NCBI GenBank assembly: GCA_031279515.1
Contig: JAITII010000111.1
Coordinates: forward strand, 103-64,102
Direction: 5' to 3'
Origin: Deltaproteobacteria bacterium
Lineage (GTDB): Bacteria; Desulfobacterota; Desulfarculia; Adiutricales; Adiutricaceae
DNA length: 64,000 nt
Part shown: positions 30,433-38,538 of the stretch, one piece after another
Position numbering within the stretch: the first letter of the stretch is position 1
Layout: every line of letters starts with the position of its first letter
Notes under the pieces: model-generated
Seen by the model: the letters and a program-made list of their open reading frames with translations, nothing else
Told to the model about the DNA's origin: nothing
Database searches by the model: none
Made by a program: the position numbers and the translations under genes

Positions 30433-30519
30433 TTATTTGCCACGGTCAAGGATGCGCCACCACCAGGTGCCCAAAAGGGCAGTGGAACTTAAAGAAAGTA
30501 TGTGGCGAGCATTCTTCAT
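30433..30519 (-). CDS. trpL: trp operon leader peptide (28 aa, MKNARHILSLSSTALLGTWWWRILDRGK)
   Basis: Hand translation of the minus strand gives an ATG at 30519 and three consecutive TGG codons at 30465-30457 (plus coordinates). The TAA stop is at 30435-30433. The ORF lies between nifU and trpE, upstream of the terminator. Confidence 0.7.
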   Translation of the reverse strand: MKNARHILSLSSTALLGTWWWRILDRGK

Positions 30520-30711
30520 CACGGCTAACAAGAACCTACCAAAAAATGTGGTTAAGCCCAAGACCATGGGCTTTGCAATTTTGTATCGGCATATGACTCA
30601 AAAATCTTCAAATAAATCATATACCTGGGAAAAAGGTAAAAAGCAAGAGAAAAATATTCTTATCCTTGGAAACAAGGTTTCCAAGCTCTATTGAGGGGCA
30701 TTAATTGTGTA

Positions 30712-30954
30712 CTACATGGGCGGAAAAGCTGGGAGATTTACCGCCACCACCTTCTTAATATCAGGAACAGCCTCTTTCAAGACTCTTTCCACGCCCTGGC
30801 GTAGGGTCATCTGGGACATGGGGCAACTACCGCAGGCGCCAGTTAAACGAACCTCAACAACTCCGTCCTTGACATCGATCAATTCTATATCCCCACCATC
30901 CGCCAGGAGGAAGGGACGAACTTTACCTAGAGCTTCTTCAACTTGAGCTCTCAT
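30712..30954 (-). CDS. NifU C-terminal domain / Nfu-type Fe-S cluster scaffold protein
   Basis: 80 aa with the motif ELIDVKDGVVEVRLTGACGSCPMSQMTL (CxxC) typical of the Nfu/NifU C-terminal domain. Confidence 0.85.
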   Translation of the reverse strand: MRAQVEEALGKVRPFLLADGGDIELIDVKDGVVEVRLTGACGSCPMSQMTLRQGVERVLKEAVPDIKKVVAVNLPAFPPM

Positions 30955-32605
30955 GTCAAACTCCTTTCACATAAGTGTTTATTAGTGTGGAAGCGACTAG
31001 CCGCCACGTGAGTGATCCCCCACGTATCACACAAAAAAGATTAGACAAATCAGGACCTAGAAGATAAAGGCCCTGGACACAGCCCTTAATGTAAAAGAAA
31101 AGGACTGGAGGCGATAATTTCTTATCCCCCAAAGAGATTATGTCATACCCTTTGAAAAAGGCAACAGATAAGTAATTAATTATCTATCTTATAAGATAAA
31201 TTGCATAAAAATAATGGGTATTATAGCTAAAATTTAAGGCTAAAATAAAAAATTAATACCTATTATCATGATTTATACAAATTATGTTTGAAATTGTCAC
31301 CGAACCGGACATGCTGGTTTGAAGCTACATTGGCTACTAGCAAGATAGGTGAAAATTAATTATCCGTCCACAAAACACAAAGATAAGGCAAAAAACCAAA
31401 CGATAAACGAAAAAACCTCTGACAGAATCCAAAAATCACTCTGGATAATACCTAATTCTCCTTGAAATACAAGCTCGTCCAGTACTAAAAAAAGGGATTA
31501 TTGGGAGTCATCCTAGCCTCAAAGGCCCACTAAGGTTTTTACCTCTAAGGAGATACAAGAATAAAATACCATAAATTCTGAGAAGATCAATGTCTTGGTG
31601 AGCCGTCCACAAAATACATATAAATTAGTATAATTTTACTCAAAAAAGCAGTTTTTTGTTGCACAATATTTTGTATTTTTTAGATAATATTATAAGTTAT
31701 AGTGCTAAAAAAGTATCAAAATGTAAATTTATGGTTAAAAGATAGTAAAATATAAAATCCCCAAAGTAAAATTTTTTTCCAAAAGATAGCCCTAAAGCGG
31801 AAATAAAAAAATATTACTAGTTATTTCAAGTACTTATCCAAAGAGCTAGAATTTTTTTTCCTGCCTCTTCGCAGCAAGGAAAAAAATCCCAATTTTTCTT
31901 GAGAGATCCAAGGTGCAAGAAAAAAAATTTTCCAGGGAAAAACTATCTTCAACTATATATAGTATAACCTTTTTTAGGTGGAATTTTTAAAAAAATATGT
32001 CAAAAAAAGAAAAATTTTAAGACTTTTTTATTTTTTCCCTGATGAGGCCGGGCTATTCCTTCTAAGTATATTATTTTTATAGAAAAAAATTTTGCAATTC
32101 AAAAAAACTAGCAAAATTTAAGACTGAAGGTCTACAAATTAAAAAGACTAGTTATTTAAGATACTTATGTTCAAATATCCGATCCCTTGGGGCTTTTGCC
32201 TGAGAAAGGGAGAAGAAATTTGCTCCCCTGGAGCAAGGTAACTATAGTAATTTTCTAATAAATATCCTCATTTCGCAAAAAACACAAGATATCGGATAAT
32301 TACCCACAGTTCTAGAAAATATTTTGCATCAATGTGAATAATAATCAAGATATCGGACCCTTAAATTAAAACTACAATATATGGTCACGCAATCCTATAA
32401 AAATTTATAAAATTTAGGCGAGTAAAATAACTTAAAGAACTGTAACTTAACCTTAGAAATCGATTGAAATTAATATAATGTACGTATATAATATTGTTTA
32501 AAAATGGCTCTAAATAGACCGTCATTTTCAAAGCCCAAAGTATCTCTTAACGTGAGACGCCACACTATTTATATAGTTACTTATTTTTCCCCATCGAGGT
32601 TCTCT

Positions 32606-33406
32606 ATGACTTGTCGTATTACTTTTACAGTTTTTGCCTTAGGGATATGCCTTTTGGCTACGGGCGCCAGGGCCCAAGTCTTTGACGAGGGCTTCGATGG
32701 CGGCACCTACATTACAGGCTCCATTGGCTTTGGAGTGCTCTATGGCCCCGAGTTTGAGGGGGGAAGACACTCGGAACTGAGCCCCCTGCCCTTTTTTAAT
32801 CTCAAGTACGGTCCGGTGTTTCTCTCCACTAGTAAGGGCCTGGGTATTAAATTCGATTTTCTCTCAGGTACCCTGGAGCTGGCCCCTGCACTCAACTATC
32901 GCATGAGGAGGGATGAAGATGACAGCCCTCTTTTGAAAGGCCTTGGAGACGTGGATGACGCTTTAACTATTGGCGGGACTGCCACCTTAAGGTTGGAGGA
33001 CGTATTTCTTTCCCTGAAAGCCTTCCAGGGGCTCTCTGATCAAAAAGGCCTGGAGGTAGAAATGCAGGCCTCCTACGTGAACACTTTGGGCGATAATCTG
33101 CACTGGTCCTTGGGGGCTTTTACCAGCCTGGCGGATACGCATTACTTAAATACCTATTTCGGCATAACCGGCGAGCAATCTTTAAGGTCCGGCTACCCTG
33201 TCTATACCTTGGACTCCGGTTTCAAGGACGTGGGATTTGGCGGAGCCATCGACTACTATCTTAGCCCTTCCTTTTCAGTGGACCTCTTTGCCCGCTACCG
33301 CTATCTCATAGGAGATGCGGCGGACTCTCCCATAGTCCAGCGCGGCTCGGAAGGCGGGGTCCAGGCAGGATTGGTCTTATTTTATCATTTCGGCCCACAC
33401 TATTAA
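32606..33406 (+). CDS. MipA/OmpV family outer-membrane protein
   Basis: The start is taken at ATG 32606 (MTCRITFTVFALGICLLATGARAQ signal peptide), preceded by GAGG. The sequence has a beta-barrel-like alternating pattern and the family-typical YRYLIGDAADSPIV near the C-terminus. Confidence 0.75.
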   Translation: MTCRITFTVFALGICLLATGARAQVFDEGFDGGTYITGSIGFGVLYGPEFEGGRHSELSPLPFFNLKYGPVFLSTSKGLGIKFDFLSGTLELAPALNYRMRRDEDDSPLLKGLGDVDDALTIGGTATLRLEDVFLSLKAFQGLSDQKGLEVEMQASYVNTLGDNLHWSLGAFTSLADTHYLNTYFGITGEQSLRSGYPVYTLDSGFKDVGFGGAIDYYLSPSFSVDLFARYRYLIGDAADSPIVQRGSEGGVQAGLVLFYHFGPHY

Positions 33407-33440
33407 AAAACAAATGCTCTCTTTAGGTCATTTTTAAACT

Positions 33441-33469
33441 AAAAAACCCCCATGAACGTGGGGGTTTTT
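33441..33469. terminator. Bidirectional rho-independent terminator
   Basis: AAAAAACCCCCAtgaacgTGGGGGTTTTTG lies between the convergent MipA-like and small lipoprotein genes. Confidence 0.7.
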
Positions 33470-33481
33470 GTTTAGTACTAT

Positions 33482-33697
33482 TTAGTTGCAATCCACCCGG
33501 CGAAAGACTTGCAGCGCAGAACCCTCTTCTATCTGCTCTTGGGTTACTGGAGTCCCGTCGGCATTGTAAGATGCCGTAGGTTCCCAACAAGGTGGATCCT
33601 CCGCTTTGGTGCCGCAGGAGCCGGCCAAAAATAATAAAGGGATCGTAAAGATAAGGACTAAAATCACTTTTGCGAAAAAATACATGCGCATATTCAC
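33482..33697 (-). CDS. Small putative lipoprotein
   Basis: 71 aa with a signal peptide and lipobox (LFLAGSC) and three further Cys residues. It is preferred over the overlapping 93-aa frame, which lacks any such feature. Confidence 0.5.
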   Translation of the reverse strand: MNMRMYFFAKVILVLIFTIPLLFLAGSCGTKAEDPPCWEPTASYNADGTPVTQEQIEEGSALQVFRRVDCN

Positions 33698-34203
33698 TCC
33701 TCAAAGAGTCGCTCGCTATTTCCAGAGAATTTAGAAATTTATGGTTAGAATTAAATGAGTTTTATCGGCAAAGCATACAGTGCAAAAAATTTCAATTCTG
33801 AAAAAATAACAAAACCTAAAAATTATTCTATAAATTAAAGCAATTGAAATTTAATCTATATATTGCTGAGGAAAAATCTATTGATACAAAATATAGCATC
33901 AAGATTCATTGCCTTGAATTTCAAGGCTTCTAGCTTTGGAAAAAAAGTAATAAATCTTACCACTTGGATAATTAAGTTTCAAATATAAATAAGCTTTCCT
34001 TTCTTTTACTGGAAGTCAATGAGGCGGCTTAAAAAGCTCGCTAAGAAGCTAAAGTACCCGCAGATCAAGGATTAAAGCTAAATTTAAAGCCTTTAAATAA
34101 AATGAACCCACAAGGTACAAAATCAATATCCCTACGGCAGGGCCTGGGGATTTTAAGTCCTAAATTAAACGCCCAGCCTAGGAGATTAGATTCTAAGTTC
34201 TTC

Positions 34204-34232
34204 TTGACACGAAGATATATTTATGCTATAAA
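34204..34232 (+). promoter_or_regulatory. Candidate sigma-70 promoter of the sigma-54 activator gene
   Basis: TTGACA (34204-34209), a 17-nt spacer, then TATAAA (34227-34232). It lies inside the track's long ORF, which supports the shorter start at 34252. Confidence 0.5.
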
Positions 34233-34251
34233 ATCCTCAAGGTGGTCACGT

Positions 34252-35766
34252 ATGACGCTCGAAACTCCACAGCCAAACACGGTATCCAACCTTCAGGAAT
34301 TTCTGGAAACTTTGGCCTTCAGCCCCGATCAATTGAAACTAATGTTCGATTCCTTCCCACTAGGGGTCATAGTTACAGACGACACAGGAAGCGTTATATA
34401 CTATAACGACGCCCATTCTAGGATTGATGGGATCACCCAGAATGAAATGCTGGGTAGAAAAGAAATTGAGGCCTTGGCCCCCATCACGGGACCCAACGTG
34501 ATGTCTATCTGCCAAAAAACGGCCAGCCCAATCCTAGGCTACATCTATCCCTACATGACTTACAAGGGCAGAGTAGTAAATGCGGCTTATTGGGTTTACC
34601 CTATCTTAAGGGATAATAGGGTAACAGGGGCTATTTGCTTCACCCAACCCCTCTTAAACGAGTATAACGCAGCCAGGCCCTACTCCAAGCCCCCCCTCCA
34701 ATGGCCGGGCTCCGAGCCCATCAAGGTGCCTACCACAAAGATTGTAGGACAAGATCCGGATTTTCTGAAGGCCGTTGAAGTAATTAAAAGTAATGCCTCC
34801 AATCATTTTCCTATTCTTATCTCAGGGGAGACGGGCTCCGGTAAAGAACTTTTAGCGAAACTCACTCACCAGGCCTCCCCCAGGAGAAATAAGCCCTATC
34901 TGGCCCTAAATTGCGCGGCAATCCCCGCCAACCTCTTAGAAGGACTGCTTTTTGGAACTATGAGAGGTAGCTTCACCGGGGCGATAGATAGGCCAGGAAT
35001 GCTCTCTGAGGCCAATGGCGGTACTCTGTACTTAGATGAGCTAGACTCCATGCCCTTGGAGTTGCAACCTAAGCTCTTACGGGCCATCCAGGAAATGCGC
35101 ACCTATAGGGTGGGCTCCACTGTGCCAGTGGATCTGGACTTAAAACTCGTGGTATCCATTGGTTCATCCCCCCATGAAGCCCTTAGCTCCGGTAGGCTGA
35201 GACCTGACCTATTTTACCGCGTGGCAGTGGTCCTCGTGAACATCCCGCCCCTCCGCAAGCGCCCGAATGATTTGATGCTGCTTGCTGACTTTTTCTTAAA
35301 CAAATACAATAATCTTTTAGGAAAGCAAGCCCTGAAAATAGACCCGCCCCTCTGGGAGGTCATGGAGAAATATCACTGGCCAGGCAATATCCGAGAATTG
35401 GAGAACATGTTGGCCGGCTCCATAGCCCAGGTCACAGACGAGCTCTACATTGGCCTTAAGCATGTCCATGAACACTATTTGCACGCCTTTTCTGGGGTAT
35501 ACACTTCCGACAGGATAATTGCCGCCACAAGTGAAAGGATAATGCCAATAAAAGCCCAAGAGAGTGAAAAATCCTTTCCCTTTAGAGATCGGGAACAATT
35601 CATAACTGCCCAGGAAGAATATGAAAAAAAAGAGACCGAGCTTAGAAACTGCATAAAGCGGAACAGGGGCAATATAACCTTGGCGGCTAAAGAGAAAGGC
35701 ATCTCCCGCCAGCTTATGAGCTATAGGCTTTCAAAATATAGGATTTCCGCTAAAGACTATCGCTAA
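34252..35766 (+). CDS. Sigma-54-dependent transcriptional activator (PAS sensor, AAA+ domain, Fis-type HTH)
   Basis: The start at 34252 (MTLETPQ) is preceded by AAGGTGG. It has a PAS-like N-terminus, Walker A GETGSGKE, the sigma-54 contact loop GSFTGA, WPGNIRELEN and a C-terminal HTH (AAKEKGISRQLMSYRLSKY). Confidence 0.9.
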   Translation: MTLETPQPNTVSNLQEFLETLAFSPDQLKLMFDSFPLGVIVTDDTGSVIYYNDAHSRIDGITQNEMLGRKEIEALAPITGPNVMSICQKTASPILGYIYPYMTYKGRVVNAAYWVYPILRDNRVTGAICFTQPLLNEYNAARPYSKPPLQWPGSEPIKVPTTKIVGQDPDFLKAVEVIKSNASNHFPILISGETGSGKELLAKLTHQASPRRNKPYLALNCAAIPANLLEGLLFGTMRGSFTGAIDRPGMLSEANGGTLYLDELDSMPLELQPKLLRAIQEMRTYRVGSTVPVDLDLKLVVSIGSSPHEALSSGRLRPDLFYRVAVVLVNIPPLRKRPNDLMLLADFFLNKYNNLLGKQALKIDPPLWEVMEKYHWPGNIRELENMLAGSIAQVTDELYIGLKHVHEHYLHAFSGVYTSDRIIAATSERIMPIKAQESEKSFPFRDREQFITAQEEYEKKETELRNCIKRNRGNITLAAKEKGISRQLMSYRLSKYRISAKDYR

Positions 35767-35932
35767 GCCTAAGCCTTCTTTTGGTATGATAAGCCCTAAA
35801 ATGCCCCGAGCTGGCTAAATTACCTTATTAACGGTTTGAAGCTTTATAGAAAGACCTCTTAAAAGCGCGTCTTTGGCCAAATTTAAAGGGAAGAGAAACT
35901 CCTAATATCCCAAAAAACTGCACGCTTACAGT

Positions 35933-35947
35933 TGGCATGATAATTGC
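35933..35947 (+). promoter_or_regulatory. Candidate sigma-54 (-24/-12) promoter TGGCATGATAATTGC
   Basis: It matches TGGCAC-N5-TTGC with correct GG-to-GC spacing. It lies 167 nt after the activator gene and about 130 nt before the IS1634-like transposase ORF. Confidence 0.45.
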
Positions 35948-36074
35948 GTGCTATTTTTTTGCCAAAATAGAGATAAAATAGCTTAATTATGGAAAAACTA
36001 TTAATGTTTTTCAATTTTATACTTGACTTTCTGCCTTTGTAGGTGTTCCCTGTAAGTGTACAGGAGGATTTCTT

Positions 36075-37799
36075 ATGGCTTCAATTTTTATCAGACCCTT
36101 GAAGGGCCGGCAGTACTATGGTATATATGGTGCAAAGCCTACTCGCGTTAAGGATACTGTCAACAACGAGCAAAATTACTTAGGCAAAGTCTTGATACCC
36201 TCAGGTAACGTCATTTTTAATGATAAACTAGAAAATTGGATAGAAGTACATGACCTTGATATGAATTATGTTTATGAAAAGATTTTGTCTAGCGCAAAAA
36301 AATTTGACTTACCTATTAATTTCATAAACCAAAATGTCAAACAAACTCAAGATGATAAAACTTTATCTGATAATATTATCGAATAACTAGATACTACAAT
36401 GCCAAATCTTTATAATGATATCGATATCTTATTTTCCGAACAGTTTGATTTTGGGCATATATATTTGCTAGATTATCTAAGCGAATCGTTAGGGCTAACA
36501 AAAATATTAAGTGATATTTTCCCCTCCAATTGGAAACTCATTTTAACTTTAGCAGAATATTTTGCTCTTGATTGTTCACAAAGCTTAGATTGCAGTACAT
36601 GGGTTAAGAAAGCGAATACCGAGCTTAATCCACAACTTCTATATTCTCAAAGAAAAAACGGTTTATTTTCATCTATTACAAATGATTCTATTTTTAAATT
36701 TTACGAAAAATGGTCAAGTACTGTTAGGGACCGCGATTTTTTTGCCTTAGATAATACATTTCTATCAACCTATTCCGATGATATTCTTGAAGCTGAATAT
36801 GGCTATAATCGTGATAGAGAAAAATTAAAACAAATAAATCTAAGCCTCATATTTGGTGAAACTTCTGGACTTCCTTTATTTTCATCTTTGTTCCACGGCA
36901 ATATGAACGACGTAAGAACATTAAAAAAGACAATAGAACAGTTTAAGTTGATAAACCAAACTAATTATAGCATATTTATGGATAAAAACTTTTTTAGTTT
37001 AGAAAATATTAATTTCTTAACTACACATAATCCTCCGATAAAATTTACTATTTCTTTACCTCAAACAGTTGACATGTTTGAAGAGCTAATATTAGATACT
37101 CTTCCTATCAGTTCCTCAAATGATTCAGTAATAGTAACTTCATCAGGAATTTCAATGGGAGTAAGCAAAAAAATTAAATGGTATAATGGAACAGATCTAT
37201 ATGCACATGTTTATCGTAATTATCATGAAAAATTACAAGTCGAAGAGATCGTAAAATACAATCTAATCGACATGCTTAACAAAGCAACCTTAAATCCAGA
37301 ACTATATATTAATGATAAAACTTTCAACGAAGTATTGAATTTTAGAAGATCAAGCAAGACTGAAAGTGGATATACTGTAAAAATAAAGCCTGATATGCTT
37401 AGTAAAAAAACTTTAACAAGTGGATGGCTAATATTACTATCAAATTGTATCAAAGACACTAGCCAAGCAATTCGGAAATACAGGAAAAAAGATGTTGTAG
37501 AAAAAGCTTTTGATCTTTTTCAAAATCATAATGCTTTAAAAGGAATAAAAGCCAATAGCTATATAAATTTATCATCTACGGTTTTCGTATGCTTTATTTC
37601 TTTAATTTTATTGTCTGAAATCCATGATGTTATGGATACTAAAAATCTATATTCTATATATTCTATGAGAGAATTACTTGAAACTCTAAGCACTCAACGT
37701 GTTATTCATATAAAAGATAAAAAAATACTTAAACCTATAACTATAGATCAAAGAAGGTTGTTTAAACATTTTAATTGCCCTTTGCCAAATACTTCTTAG
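36075..37799 (+). mobile_element. IS1634-like (IS4-superfamily DDE) transposase gene split by a single in-frame TAA
   Basis: Track ORFs 36075-36386 and 36399-37799 are in the same frame, separated only by TAA (36384-36386) plus 4 codons. Together they give ~570 aa with the family layout: N-terminal ..NYLGKV.., DDE-like FALDNTFLSTYS, IFMDKNFFSLENINFL and YRKKDVVEKAFDLFQN. The region is very AT-rich. The element ends are not resolved. Confidence 0.7.
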
Positions 37800-38538
37800 G
37801 CTTTTACTAAAATTATTTCACCAAAAAAATAAATTTTTTGTTACATTTTGTCTAAAAATGAGGCAAAATGTAGATGTACACTCTTGGGATTTTAGGGAAA
37901 CTGCTAGCGCTCTTTACATAAAGATGTGCTAATTACAAAAATTAATATTGTCTTATTTAAAATTTCATAAATCATAAAAGAGCTTTTTCCCGCATACTTA
38001 AAGTCTAGGGATTTAGTATTAATAAGCTTATCTCTTTGAAACGAGCTCTAAATACCCCCTTAGCCTACAATTATCCTGCACAATAGCTAATAAGCCGATA
38101 TTTACAAATTTATCTTATCCAAAATTACTTACAATAACTGCAAAAATTAAATATTCTGCTTTAAGAAGATAAACGGATAAAATTCTAGTTCCGGCTCATA
38201 AAAAAGAGACGCCCTTTAAGTAAACTTAAATATTTTTTTCTCTTCTGCCTAAAAGCCGGCTACCCATGCTGCTAATAGAGTTAAAATAGCCCCAAAATTA
38301 CCATAAGCTTTTAGTAATTTAGTTAGCATAGCCTCTTTCTTTTTCTTCCCTTAAATGGTAGCATAGAAGATTATACACCCTCTTCAAAGAGCACATTTCA
38401 TAGATATTGGCGCTTTTAGCTAAAAAAAGGCAGATGGCTAATAAAATACCCCTAGCTTACAAGGAGCTTGAAGTACCCTTATGAACAAGTTGCATGTGAT
38501 ATAATTCATGTAATCTCATAAAGGATGAATGGTCAAAG

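Noticed and set aside
30410-30694. 94-aa plus-strand ORF between nifU and trpE.
   Set aside because: It is antisense to the trp leader peptide and attenuator structures, which explain the region better. It has no RBS and no family resemblance.
34102-34251. The 50-codon N-terminal extension of the sigma-54 activator. Similar long track starts exist for trpE (30347), trpGD (29010), atpA (58219), rsmA (10778), the mipA-like gene (32504) and the lipoprotein (20883).
   Set aside because: The internal ATGs have good RBSs and match family N-termini. The extensions overlap promoters, terminators or upstream genes.
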